From: a virus
Taxonomy: Duplodnaviria > Heunggongvirae > Uroviricota > Caudoviricetes
Length of the DNA: 31,573 nt
Reading direction: 5' to 3' (one strand)
IMG/VR virus record: IMGVR_UViG_2551306526_000005
The notes below the pieces were generated by a model. It searched no databases, had not been told where the DNA came from, and worked only from the letters and a program-made list of their open reading frames with translations. Numbering within the stretch: position 1 is the first letter of the stretch; every line of letters begins with the position of its first letter. A program made the translations under genes and the position numbers. Below, in pieces: positions 1 through 8,988 of the stretch.

Positions 1-996
1 TTATGGACGCATTATGGACATTCCTGACACCGGGTTAAGAGTCACTGCATCTTGTAAGAAATCCGGTGCAAAGTGTGCGTAGGTCATAGTTTGCTGAATG
101 TTAGAATGACCCAAGATGCGCTGCAATGTGATTATGTTACCTCCATTCATTATAAAATGTGTGGCAAATGTATGCCTCAAAACATGCACTGCCTGTCCGT
201 CAGGTAAATCGGGTTTTACTTCCCTGAGAGCGTTGCGCACTTTGTAGTAACTGGCATTAAAAAGCCTGCCTGAATTTTTGGTCTTGATCCGTTTAATCAG
301 GTCCTGCGAAACGGGAATTGTCCTGCGCTTTCCGTTTTTAGTTTTCATAAACGTAACCATCTGGTTAATGATGTGTTCAGCTTTTAAATTAGACACTTCA
401 CTCCAGCGTCCACCAGTAGAAAGGCAGACCAGAGTCGCATTTAATTCATCACCATCGAGCATGGATAACAGCCGTGTAATCTCTTCACTGGACAAAAAAG
501 CCATTTCTGTAACAGCTTCACGTAATCGCTTAACCTCACGGAACGGGTTGTGAGAATGGTATTCACCGGCATCAATTAACTTGGTGAACATCCCGCTCAT
601 TATTGCCAGATGCCGATTTACGCTGGCTGGTTTTAGACCATCGTTCATCATTACAACGCGATAATCAGTTATCGTTTTCTTTGTTAGCTGGTCAGCTCTG
701 GACACTCCCATTTCTGCAAATTTGGCGATTATTGTCGTCAAACGCCCCCGTTCAATATCTCCACGCTCATGTGATTTTCCGTGATATATCCACCATCTGC
801 CTAACAACTCTGTAAGAGTTCGGCGGTCGGCTGGCTTCTCCAGCCACTCTTTGTTGTGGTAGTTAACCAGTACATGACGTTCGAATGCTTGAGCTTCACC
901 TTTAGTTTTAAATTTCCGCCTGATACGTTTTCCATCTGCACCCTGCGGTCTGACGTCCACTTCATAACGACCATCATCGAGCTTTTTAATAGACAT
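1..996 (-). CDS. int: Phage integrase, tyrosine recombinase (P2 Int-like)
   Basis: 331-aa ORF ending at window position 1; C-terminal catalytic region with R...HxxR...Y pattern (VLRHTFATHF...MTYAHF); first gene of a P2-like lysogeny module, co-oriented with the repressor. Confidence 0.9.
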   Translation of the reverse strand: MSIKKLDDGRYEVDVRPQGADGKRIRRKFKTKGEAQAFERHVLVNYHNKEWLEKPADRRTLTELLGRWWIYHGKSHERGDIERGRLTTIIAKFAEMGVSRADQLTKKTITDYRVVMMNDGLKPASVNRHLAIMSGMFTKLIDAGEYHSHNPFREVKRLREAVTEMAFLSSEEITRLLSMLDGDELNATLVCLSTGGRWSEVSNLKAEHIINQMVTFMKTKNGKRRTIPVSQDLIKRIKTKNSGRLFNASYYKVRNALREVKPDLPDGQAVHVLRHTFATHFIMNGGNIITLQRILGHSNIQQTMTYAHFAPDFLQDAVTLNPVSGMSIMRP

Positions 997-1089
997 AAAG
1001 CCCTCCGATGACGCTGTTTACTTCTACTACTTGAAAATTAATGCAATTTTCTTTCGTACATTTACTGCATACATATGCTGAATAAATCG

Positions 1090-1401
1090 TCAGCCAGTCT
1101 TTTGGTCTGAGTGGTGCAAGGTTGTTGAGTCTTGCCCAATGTGCGCGAGCGCCGGGGCTATTTGTCCGCCAGCGGGATCAGTTTCATCAAACATGAACCA
1201 GTCACGGTACTTGCGAAATCTTTCAGGCTTGAAAAATTTCATGCCTGCGTCAAAAGACATCTTTACTTTTCCCTGCTCATATCCAGCATAGGTGTTGTAG
1301 TTAATTCCAGTTAATTCAGCAACTTGCTTCCTTGTCATTCTTTCTGACTCCCGAATAAGTGCGAGTTTCTCTGCTTGAGATGTGATTTGTGTATTTGACA
1401 T
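1090..1401 (-). CDS. C: Immunity repressor, P2 C-like HTH protein
   Basis: Start chosen at internal ATG (MSNTQITSQ...) giving about 103 aa; HTH segment MTRKQVAELTGINYNTYAGYEQGK; C-terminal ...GQIAPALAHIGQ...QKTG resembles what I recall of P2 C; lies upstream of and co-oriented with int. Confidence 0.75.
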   Translation of the reverse strand: MSNTQITSQAEKLALIRESERMTRKQVAELTGINYNTYAGYEQGKVKMSFDAGMKFFKPERFRKYRDWFMFDETDPAGGQIAPALAHIGQDSTTLHHSDQKTG

Positions 1402-1505
1402 GAATTGTCGTATCTCGTAATTTATGTTGTATGCGACACACCAGAACAACTCAGAGCGGCTTCAAATAGCTCTGGTTGAATGGCACCAAAGTTGAGGATA
1501 TCAAA
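1402..1505. promoter_or_regulatory. Divergent lysogenic/early promoter-operator region between C and cox (Pc/Pe equivalent)
   Basis: About 100-bp AT-rich intergenic gap between divergently transcribed repressor and cox-like gene; position-based inference, no operator repeats confidently identified. Confidence 0.4.
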
Positions 1506-1862
1506 ATGAGTATTGGATCAGAAATGAATAACGATGTTGGAGAAAAAGTATCTGATCTCACAAAAAGTAAAAAATGTGACATCAAACTTGCAGCCGCACC
1601 GTCGGATTTGCTCTCGAAAGAGGGATTTGCTCTTTACATCGGTAAGACGCCTCGTGCTGTTGCTGAAATGGCGAAAGCAGGCAAGTTACCAGCCTTTTAT
1701 ATGACGGACCCATTAAAGCCGGGCGGTCATGCTGAGTTATGGATTAATCGCCGTGAGTGGGACAAGTACGCAGCCCAACTAGTTGATGAAGCTCCGACAG
1801 AATGGCATGACTGGAAAAATCGCATTAGTTACAGCAAATCAAGACATGGCCGTGCGGCTTAA
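1506..1862 (+). CDS. cox: Cox/Apl-like HTH excision and switch regulator
   Basis: Start placed at ATG 1506 (MSIGSEMNN...) preceded by GAGGA; divergent from repressor as in P2; about 118 aa versus the roughly 91 aa I recall for P2 Cox, so a different immunity type is possible. Confidence 0.5.
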   Translation: MSIGSEMNNDVGEKVSDLTKSKKCDIKLAAAPSDLLSKEGFALYIGKTPRAVAEMAKAGKLPAFYMTDPLKPGGHAELWINRREWDKYAAQLVDEAPTEWHDWKNRISYSKSRHGRAA

Positions 1863-1872
1863 GGTGGAAAGG

Positions 1873-2043
1873 ATGAACGAGCCTCGTTGTATTGCTCAGT
1901 TATTGCGTAACGAAAGCCCCAGGGCGATTGACTTCACCATTACCCACGGTAAGGGGCGTAAGGGAATCATTATCCGCACCAAAAAACAGAGTCCGTTAAA
2001 AAAGGCTCTGACCTTTCTGAAAAGCCGGAGGGTATGGAAATGA
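1873..2043 (+). CDS. Small basic hypothetical protein (early operon)
   Basis: 56-aa ORF from ATG 1873 with upstream AAAGG; Lys/Arg-rich; start uncertain (ORF track frame opens at 1783). Confidence 0.3.
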   Translation: MNEPRCIAQLLRNESPRAIDFTITHGKGRKGIIIRTKKQSPLKKALTFLKSRRVWK

Positions 2044-2540
2044 CAGTGATGACGCTCAATCTCGTTGAAAAACAACCAGCAACTATGCGCCGGATAATTG
2101 GTAAGCATCTTGCCGTCCCTCGCTGGCAGGAGACATGTGATTATTATAATCAGATGATGGAGCGCGAACGGCTAACGGTTTGCTTCCATGCACAGTTAAA
2201 ACAGCGTCATGCAACGATGCGTTTTGAAGAAATGAACGACGTCGAACGTGAACGGCTGGTTTGTGCAATTGATGAATTGCGTGGGGCATTCTCAAAACGC
2301 CGTCAGGTCGGTGCAAGTGAGTATGCATATATTAGCTTTTTAACTGTCAGTCAGCGCCGTACTTTATTTATGCACGCACGACTGACAGAAAAAGAATTTA
2401 ATCAGCCATACTGGCGAATTAATGAAGAGTCATGTTACTGGCGTGATGCTTTATTCCGTGCATTACGTGAATTATTCAGTCTGTTTGAATATGCACCGAC
2501 AATTCTGACGTCGGTAAAACCAGAGCAATATCTGCATTAA
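2040..2540 (+). CDS. B: Early protein at the position and size of P2 gpB (replication, helicase-loader-like); assignment by synteny
   Basis: 166 aa if started at MTVMTL..., matching recalled P2 B length; lies between cox and A; no motif-level confirmation. Confidence 0.4.
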   Translation: MTVMTLNLVEKQPATMRRIIGKHLAVPRWQETCDYYNQMMERERLTVCFHAQLKQRHATMRFEEMNDVERERLVCAIDELRGAFSKRRQVGASEYAYISFLTVSQRRTLFMHARLTEKEFNQPYWRINEESCYWRDALFRALRELFSLFEYAPTILTSVKPEQYLH

Positions 2541-2603
2541 GTAATTAACCAAAGTTTTTAACGCACTTAATCGTGCGGGGCTTCTTTTTGCCTGGAGAAA
2601 GTC

Positions 2604-2816
2604 ATGCATACAGTTTCTGAAAATCAGTGCGGTAAATACGCATTAATGCTGCAACAGGCCAGAACCGAAGCACAGGCCGATGCAGCAACGCGCTTTTCGT
2701 CTCATCTTGATGCCATGATTCGCCACATCACAAAGGCGGAGTTATCCCGCGTGGAGATAGTCGAGTTGCTCAGTCAGGAGTCTGCCAAATTCCATAATCT
2801 AGGACTCAATAAATAA
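2604..2816 (+). CDS. Hypothetical early-operon protein (70 aa)
   Basis: ORF preceded by GGAGAAAG RBS; same strand as the early operon. Confidence 0.4.
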   Translation: MHTVSENQCGKYALMLQQARTEAQADAATRFSSHLDAMIRHITKAELSRVEIVELLSQESAKFHNLGLNK

Positions 2817-2824
2817 CAGGGAAG

Positions 2825-3076
2825 TTGGAGATGACAAATACAAAATGGTTCAGGAAACGCTTAACAGATTATCAACTTTCATTACTTAAAAAATTAGATG
2901 ACAAGACTCCACTACATCCTTCAAGCGATGTCTTCCGCTCCTGTCCTAGTCGTGTGGAAAAAGCATTTATAGCAATGGGGAAATGGGGGCTTGTGACCAA
3001 ATCAAGAGAAGGTTTCTGTATTACCGATAATGGCCGGGAAATGATTGATTCTGCGGAGAGGGCATATAGCGAATGA
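2825..3076 (+). CDS. Hypothetical early-operon protein (83 aa)
   Basis: ORF with GGAG RBS (gggaagttggag ATG); tightly packed in operon. Confidence 0.4.
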   Translation: MEMTNTKWFRKRLTDYQLSLLKKLDDKTPLHPSSDVFRSCPSRVEKAFIAMGKWGLVTKSREGFCITDNGREMIDSAERAYSE

Positions 3077-3363
3077 AAAATATATTGCTTAATAACTGGC
3101 TGAAGATTTCAGTCATGAAAAATGGTGATTTGTCGCTAGCTGATATTAAACGCGATAAAAACACTGGGGATATGGTGGAATCAACTATAGCCATTTATGC
3201 GGATAAATTAAATCTCCTGTCTGATGTGGTCAATTTACTTGTTAAACGCGCTGTATTTCATAAGCAAATTTCATCCGTGGATGAACTGACAAAATTAACG
3301 ACAGAAATCGCCAGCTATTGCGCTGATGAATTTAAGAAACTGAACGACAAAAGGAGCTGGTAA
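3073..3363 (+). CDS. Hypothetical early-operon protein (96 aa)
   Basis: Start overlaps previous stop (ATGA coupling); operon context. Confidence 0.4.
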   Translation: MKNILLNNWLKISVMKNGDLSLADIKRDKNTGDMVESTIAIYADKLNLLSDVVNLLVKRAVFHKQISSVDELTKLTTEIASYCADEFKKLNDKRSW

Positions 3364-3587
3364 TGCCGGACAACGTAGATTTTATTCAGGAACAACAGGC
3401 TGAATTACTGGAGCGCCAGATTAACGCGGCAAGGGTAAAACATTGCGGTGTTTCTGCGTTTGTTTGCGAAGAGTGTGATGCGCTAATACCTGCTGCCCGT
3501 CGTGCGGCTTATCCGTCAGCCACGCGTTGTGTTTCCTGTCAGTCAGTCTTTGAAGCAAAAAACAAACATTACCGGAGAATGGCATGA
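3363..3587 (+). CDS. TraR/DksA-family C4 zinc-finger protein
   Basis: 74 aa with CxxC...CxxC (CEECDALIPAARRAAYPSATRCVSCQ), typical of phage TraR/DksA-like proteins; translationally coupled. Confidence 0.65.
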   Translation: MPDNVDFIQEQQAELLERQINAARVKHCGVSAFVCEECDALIPAARRAAYPSATRCVSCQSVFEAKNKHYRRMA

Positions 3588-3859
3588 GCATTCGTATTGA
3601 AATTGGCGAACGTTATGTGGTTACCAGTGACAGCTTCCAGTTTATTCTCCACGAGAAAAAGAGAGCGGAAAGCGGTAAAAACGCCGGTCAGGAGTGGCTG
3701 GCGGTGGTTGGTTATTACCCGAAATTAAGCCAGCTCGTTTCCGGTCTGATGCATCACGATATTCTGACCGGAAGCGCAAAGTCTTTTGCTGATTTAAACG
3801 CGCAGGTTGAGCAACTCAGCAAGCGTTGTTCTGAGGCTTTTGGCTCATATGGCCGTTAA
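3584..3859 (+). CDS. Hypothetical protein immediately upstream of A (91 aa)
   Basis: ORF overlapping the start of A by a few codons; operon context only. Confidence 0.45.
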   Translation: MSIRIEIGERYVVTSDSFQFILHEKKRAESGKNAGQEWLAVVGYYPKLSQLVSGLMHHDILTGSAKSFADLNAQVEQLSKRCSEAFGSYGR

Positions 3860-6134
3860 AGCCTCCGGGCGTTTTGTCCCTCCGTCAGCATTTGCCGCAG
3901 GCACCGGTAAGGCGTTTACCGGTGCTTATGCATGGAACGCGCCACGCGAGGCTGTAGGGCGCGAAAGACCTCTTACACGTGACGAGATGCGTCAGGTGCA
4001 AGGTGTTTTATCCACGATTAATCGCCTGCCTTATTTTTTGCGCTCGCTGTTTACTTCACGCTATGACTACATCCGGCGCAATAAAAGCCCGGTGCACGGA
4101 TTTTATTTTCTCACATCCACTTTTCAGCGTCGTTTATGGCCGCGCATTGAGCGTGTGAATCAGCGCCATGAAATGAACACCGACGCGTCGTTGCTGTTTC
4201 TGGCAGAGCGTGACCACTATGCGCGCCTGCCTGGAATGAATGACAAGGAGCTGAAAAAGTTTGCCGCCCGTATTTCATCGCAGCTTTTCATGATGTATGA
4301 GGAACTCAGCGATGCCTGGGTGGATGCGCATGGCGAAAAAGAATCGCTGTTTACGGATGAGGCGCAGGCTCACCTCTATGGTCATGTTGCTGGCGCTGCA
4401 CGTGCTTTCAATATTTCCCCTCTCTACTGGAAAAAATACCGTAAAGGGCAGATGACCACGAGGCAGGCATATTCTGCCATTGCCCGTCTGTTTAACGATG
4501 AGTGGTGGACTCATCAGCTTAAAGGCCAGCGTATGCGCTGGCATGAAGCGTTACTGATAGCTGTCGGGGAGGTCAATAAAGACCGTTCTCCTTATGCCAG
4601 TAAACACGCCATTCGTGATGTGCGTGCGCGCCGCCAGGCAAATCTGGAATTTCTTAAATCGTGTGACCTTGAAAACAGGGAAACCGGCGAGCGCATCGAC
4701 CTTATCAGTAAGGTGATGGGCAGTATTTCTAATCCTGAAATTCGCCGGATGGAGCTGATGAACACCATTGCCGGTATTGAGCGTTACGCCGCCGCAGAGG
4801 GTGATGTGGGGATGTTTATCACGCTGACCGCGCCGTCAAAGTATCACCCGACTCGTCAGGTCAGAAAAGGCGAAAGTAAAACCGTTCAGCTTAATCACGG
4901 CTGGAACGATGAGGCATTTAATCCAAAGGATGCGCAGCGTTATCTCTGCCGCATCTGGAGCCTGATGCGCACGGCATTCAAGGATAATGATTTACAGGTC
5001 TACGGTTTGCGTGTCGTCGAGCCACACCACGACGGAACGCCGCACTGGCATATGATGCTTTTTTGTAATCCACGCCAGCGTAACCAGATTATCGAAATCA
5101 TGCGTCGCTACGCGCTCAAAGAGGATGGAGACGAAAGAGGAGCTGCGCGAAACCGTTTTCAGGCAAAGCACCTTAACCGGGGCGGTGCTGCGGGATATAT
5201 CGCGAAATACATTTCAAAAAATATCGACGGCTATGCACTGGATGGTCAGCTCGATAACGATACCGGTAAGCCGCTTAAAGATACTGCCGCGGCTGTTACC
5301 GCATGGGCGTCAACGTGGCGCATCCCGCAATTTAAAACGGTTGGCCTGCCGACAATGGGGGCTTACCGTGAACTACGCAAATTGCCGCGCGGCGTCAGCA
5401 TTGCTGATGAGTTTGACGAGCGCGTCGAGGCTGCACGCGCCGCCGCAGACAGTGGTGATTTTGCGTTGTATATCAGCGCGCAGGGTGGGGCAAATGTCCC
5501 GCGCGATTGTCAGACTGTCAGGGTCGCCCGTAGCCCGTCGGATGACGTTAACGAGTACGAGGAAGAGGTCGAGAGAGTGGTCGGCATTTACGCGCCGCAT
5601 CTCGGCGCGCGTCATATTCATATCACCAGAACGACGGACTGGCGCATTGTTCCGAAAGTGCCGGTCGTTGAGCCTTTGACTTTAAAAAGCGGCATCGCCG
5701 CGCCTCGGAGTCCTGTCAATAACTGTGGAAAGCTCACCGGTGGTGATGCTTCGTTACTGGCTCCCACACCTTCTGAGCACGCCGCAGCAGTGCTTAATCT
5801 GGTTGATAACGGTGTTATTGAATGGAATGAACCGGAGGTCGTGAGGGCGCTCAGGGGCGCATTAAAACACGACCTGAAAACACCAAACCGTCAGCAAAGA
5901 AACGGAAGCCCGTTAAAACCGCATGAAATAGCGCCATCGGCCAGACTGACCCGGTCGGAACGAATGCAAATTACCCGTATCCGCGTTGACCTTGCTCAGA
6001 ACGGTATCAGGCCGCAGCGATGGGAGCTTGAGGCGCTGGCGCGTGGGGCAACCGTAAATTATGGCGGGAAAAAATTCACGTATCCGGTCGCTGATGAGTG
6101 GCCGGGATTCTCAACAGTAATGGAGTGGACATGA
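3849..6134 (+). CDS. A: Rolling-circle replication initiator endonuclease (P2 gpA-like)
   Basis: 761 aa from ATG 3849 (MAVKASGRF...), the length I recall for P2 A; HUH-type motif (PHWHMMLF) and tyrosine-containing motif (AAGYIAKYISKNIDGY). Confidence 0.9.
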   Translation: MAVKASGRFVPPSAFAAGTGKAFTGAYAWNAPREAVGRERPLTRDEMRQVQGVLSTINRLPYFLRSLFTSRYDYIRRNKSPVHGFYFLTSTFQRRLWPRIERVNQRHEMNTDASLLFLAERDHYARLPGMNDKELKKFAARISSQLFMMYEELSDAWVDAHGEKESLFTDEAQAHLYGHVAGAARAFNISPLYWKKYRKGQMTTRQAYSAIARLFNDEWWTHQLKGQRMRWHEALLIAVGEVNKDRSPYASKHAIRDVRARRQANLEFLKSCDLENRETGERIDLISKVMGSISNPEIRRMELMNTIAGIERYAAAEGDVGMFITLTAPSKYHPTRQVRKGESKTVQLNHGWNDEAFNPKDAQRYLCRIWSLMRTAFKDNDLQVYGLRVVEPHHDGTPHWHMMLFCNPRQRNQIIEIMRRYALKEDGDERGAARNRFQAKHLNRGGAAGYIAKYISKNIDGYALDGQLDNDTGKPLKDTAAAVTAWASTWRIPQFKTVGLPTMGAYRELRKLPRGVSIADEFDERVEAARAAADSGDFALYISAQGGANVPRDCQTVRVARSPSDDVNEYEEEVERVVGIYAPHLGARHIHITRTTDWRIVPKVPVVEPLTLKSGIAAPRSPVNNCGKLTGGDASLLAPTPSEHAAAVLNLVDNGVIEWNEPEVVRALRGALKHDLKTPNRQQRNGSPLKPHEIAPSARLTRSERMQITRIRVDLAQNGIRPQRWELEALARGATVNYGGKKFTYPVADEWPGFSTVMEWT

Positions 6135-6586
6135 TGGCAAAAATTCACGAGGTAAAGCTGCACGCAAAATATTTCGACCTTGTGCTGGAAGGAAAGAAAC
6201 GCGCAGAGTTTCGGAAAAATGACCGTAATTATGAGCGTGGGGACACGTTGATTTTGCATGAATGGGGGCAGGGTGCGTATACGGGGCGAAAGGTTGAAGC
6301 CCGGATAACAGATGTTACTGACCTGTCAGACTGGCTGGAAGATTATGTCTTGCTAAGTATTGAGCGGCTTAATACAGGCGCATGTGAGATTGTGAACTGG
6401 AAAGAACTTAGTGAGCGTGGTCTGGTATTCAGAATTAATCATGAAATTATGCATCAGCTTGGCCTTGCTGTTATGTATGAACCAGATACGGGGATGTCTG
6501 GTGGGGCAATGGTTGCCACGGATGGAGCATGGAACTATTCAGATGAACAGATGGAGCGTGCACAGCAAAACGGGTGGCTTGGATAA
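6131..6586 (+). CDS. ASCH/DUF3850-like domain protein with uncharacterised C-terminal extension
   Basis: Start overlaps A stop (ATGATGG); N-terminal KIHEVKLHAKYFDLVLEGKKRAEFRKNDRNYERGDTL resembles DUF3850/ASCH fold proteins; C-terminal roughly 70 aa unassigned. Confidence 0.5.
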   Translation: MMAKIHEVKLHAKYFDLVLEGKKRAEFRKNDRNYERGDTLILHEWGQGAYTGRKVEARITDVTDLSDWLEDYVLLSIERLNTGACEIVNWKELSERGLVFRINHEIMHQLGLAVMYEPDTGMSGGAMVATDGAWNYSDEQMERAQQNGWLG

Positions 6587-7015
6587 TGCACAGAATACCA
6601 GGCGAGATACCGCACCATAAAACTAAAAATATCAAGCTGATGGCTATTGTTCAGCGTTTACAGCGGATTATGGTCAACGAAAATCTGACGCCCGATGAGC
6701 TGGTCGGGTGTGCCGAAATAGTCCGGGATAATTACGGGCGGCTTAACTATATCGGTCAGTCCAGAGTTGCGCCACCACCACGCAGACGATAGAGAACGCC
6801 GCCAGTCGTGAAACTTGTTTTCAGGGCTGGCGGGGTTGAACAACGAGCGAAGCGAGGCGTTAGTTGACAGACATATTTTTACTGCGTTGGTGCCGGTTTT
6901 TAACGGTTGAAAGGAGTTAGGTTGGAGAGCTAACAACTTACAAATATTCAAAAGTAAGCATCCTGTTGCTAACATGAGGTCGATTTTTTATGTGGATGAT
7001 GCAAAAAGGATAGCT

Positions 7016-7747
7016 ATGGATACTATAATCGCTTTTCTATCACTCGCTTTTTTCGTTGCTTTCTTCATCGGGTTAATCAAGCCATCACTGGTGCGAATGC
7101 CAAACCGCAAACGTGCAAGTGCGGTTTATCTCGGAGGAGGTTTTGTATTGAGCATAATTGGTTCAATACTCTATCCAACAGAAAAAAGCCAGCCAGTTGC
7201 TAAAACTGAAACATCAACCGTTGCAGAACATAAAGTCCAAAAAACATTCGAATATGGTGAAAAAACACTCAAGGAATATCGGAACGAGTCAAAGAAAACA
7301 CGACACGATATTGTGAATAGTTACATTGATTTTAAGGAAGTTCCAGCCACCGCGTCAGATGCGTTTTATGCCTGCATGAGTGAGTATACATTTACCAAAG
7401 ATGATGAGTTGAAACTCGGTGATGTTCTTGGGTGGTGCTTTAATGATTATGAAAATGACCCGAATTCACTAAACAATAAAATCAATCTTGATACATTTCA
7501 GAGTAATTTTAGTGGTTGGGATGGTTCTTATCGTCCATTGGAAAAACTAATTAAAGATAATATGAACGATGATTCATCTTATAAACATGTGTCAACGGTA
7601 TATCATCTGGTTTTGAATAAAGACCCGCATGCCATTGTGAAAACCACGTTTCGCGGAACTAATGCTTATGGAGGAGTGGTGAAACAGACGATTGCTGCGC
7701 GTGTTGATATAAAAACTGGTAAGGTGATATCAATCATAGATAATTAA
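7016..7747 (+). CDS. Uncharacterised membrane-anchored protein, two N-terminal TM helices plus about 190-aa soluble domain (cargo)
   Basis: Start at ATG 7016 with AAGGA RBS; hydrophobic segments IIAFLSLAFFVAFFIGLI and VYLGGGFVLSIIGSILY; AT-rich codon usage unlike flanking phage core genes. Confidence 0.6.
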   Translation: MDTIIAFLSLAFFVAFFIGLIKPSLVRMPNRKRASAVYLGGGFVLSIIGSILYPTEKSQPVAKTETSTVAEHKVQKTFEYGEKTLKEYRNESKKTRHDIVNSYIDFKEVPATASDAFYACMSEYTFTKDDELKLGDVLGWCFNDYENDPNSLNNKINLDTFQSNFSGWDGSYRPLEKLIKDNMNDDSSYKHVSTVYHLVLNKDPHAIVKTTFRGTNAYGGVVKQTIAARVDIKTGKVISIIDN

Positions 7748-7756
7748 TATCTTACA

Positions 7757-7797
7757 ATGCCGACGCTGAATATTTAATTGGGTGTCGGCATTTTTTT
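7757..7797 (+). terminator. Rho-independent terminator after the 243-aa cargo gene
   Basis: ATGCCGAC...GTCGGCAT 8-bp stem followed by a T7 run, 10 nt after the stop codon. Confidence 0.5.
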
Positions 7798-7857
7798 GAC
7801 TATTAGAGCGGCAGAACCGAGATTTGTTACGTATGAGATTAGCACTGCGAGAATGTT

Positions 7858-8640
7858 ATGAAAGTTATAAACCAACTTAAGAAGTTTGATAAGAAAAGAA
7901 CGCCAGATGATGGCCGTATTAGTTTGTTATATGAAAACGCGATTAAGTATGATATGTACTCTGTATATATTAAAGATAAAAATGATACAGAATACCTCTT
8001 TGACTGTTTGGTTGATGGGAAGATAAAGGCTTTTAAATGGGATGATGAGGAGCGTAGATTTCATATAAGTTCATACTTGGATATTTCTGAGCTTACGCCT
8101 GATTCTTTTTTTGGTGTTTATTACTACCGTGCGCATGAGTTGCGATTTAACTCTTTAAATGATTTAACCTTTTTAAGGGAGTTGTTCTTTAGAGTAAAAT
8201 CTAATTATGAAAATATAAAGTTTAGTCGTGAAAAATATATTTATCGACAGCAAAAAAAAGAAATAACTGATGTGATGTTTGTTCTCTCAGCGATTATAAG
8301 AATGTATCGTGAACGGGATGCTGAAACTGTGTTTAGTGAGTTTTCAATAATGACCGAAGTCGCTGGTAGTTTATGGGTATACCATGACGATAAAAACAGG
8401 ATGCGTAAAGAGCTTCGTTTATGCCTGAATTCTCTTGTTCAGAATGGAGATCTTGTTGAAACAAGTAGTGGATTCAGGCTAACAGGAAAGGCACTGAACA
8501 CAATATCTACATTCAATAAAGATGAGGTGCGGTACAGAGAGAATTTGAGTACTCAGAAGAAAATGTTTTGGGCTACTTTTTTCGCAGCAGTCGGCGGCGT
8601 AGGAAGTATGATTGCAGCTATAATAGGGCTTCTAAAATGA
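7858..8640 (+). CDS. Uncharacterised tail-anchored protein, about 235-aa soluble domain plus C-terminal TM helix (cargo)
   Basis: 260-aa ORF; C-terminal hydrophobic helix FWATFFAAVGGVGSMIAAIIGLL; AT-rich; separated from the upstream cargo gene by a terminator. Confidence 0.6.
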   Translation: MKVINQLKKFDKKRTPDDGRISLLYENAIKYDMYSVYIKDKNDTEYLFDCLVDGKIKAFKWDDEERRFHISSYLDISELTPDSFFGVYYYRAHELRFNSLNDLTFLRELFFRVKSNYENIKFSREKYIYRQQKKEITDVMFVLSAIIRMYRERDAETVFSEFSIMTEVAGSLWVYHDDKNRMRKELRLCLNSLVQNGDLVETSSGFRLTGKALNTISTFNKDEVRYRENLSTQKKMFWATFFAAVGGVGSMIAAIIGLLK

Positions 8641-8800
8641 GCCAACAACATCGTATGATGAAGTATTGAGTGAAAAGCATTCTTTATATGCATTATTTTG
8701 CATGCAACATATGCTATACATTTTAGCTATGAATTGTCAGACGTGGCAGTACTTCTGTATGGTAATGCAACTGCATTAAAACCGCCCCATGAAGCGGGCG

Positions 8801-8819
8801 GGCGAGGCGGGGAAAGCAC
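8801..8819. other. cos cohesive-end site (P2-type 19-nt sequence)
   Basis: GGCGAGGCGGGGAAAGCAC matches the P2 cohesive-end sequence as I recall it; located between cargo and Q, as in P2. Confidence 0.55.
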
Positions 8820-8961
8820 TGCGCGCTGGCGGTGGTGCTGATTTTATTTTTTCAGCGTCTGAGCGCGTCATGATGGTGTTTAGATTGTTAGCCGGGGCGT
8901 TGGTTTGCCTGCGGGCTGTTTTGTGTGGTGGCGAGCGTGTGAGGTCGTGATGACGGGGTGT

Positions 8962-8983
8962 AAAAAAGCCGCCCGCAGGCGGC
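8962..8983 (-). terminator. Rho-independent terminator downstream of Q (minus strand)
   Basis: GCCGCC-CGCA-GGCGGC hairpin adjacent to an A6/T6 run, 5 nt past the Q stop codon. Confidence 0.6.
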
Positions 8984-8988
8984 GATGT

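Noticed and set aside
4275-5621. Minus-strand ORFs (4275-4544, 5373-5621) and an alternative plus-frame ORF (5125-5679) inside gene A
   Set aside because: Fully embedded in the well-supported 761-aa replication initiator gene; no RBS; low-complexity Arg/Ala-rich translations typical of off-frame reading of GC-rich coding DNA.
6658-6975. 105-aa minus-strand ORF in the A-to-cargo spacer
   Set aside because: No RBS, opposite to local transcription, and Trp/Arg-rich junk-like C-terminus; the short plus-strand ORF at 6574-6792 was likewise not called, for lack of a convincing start signal.
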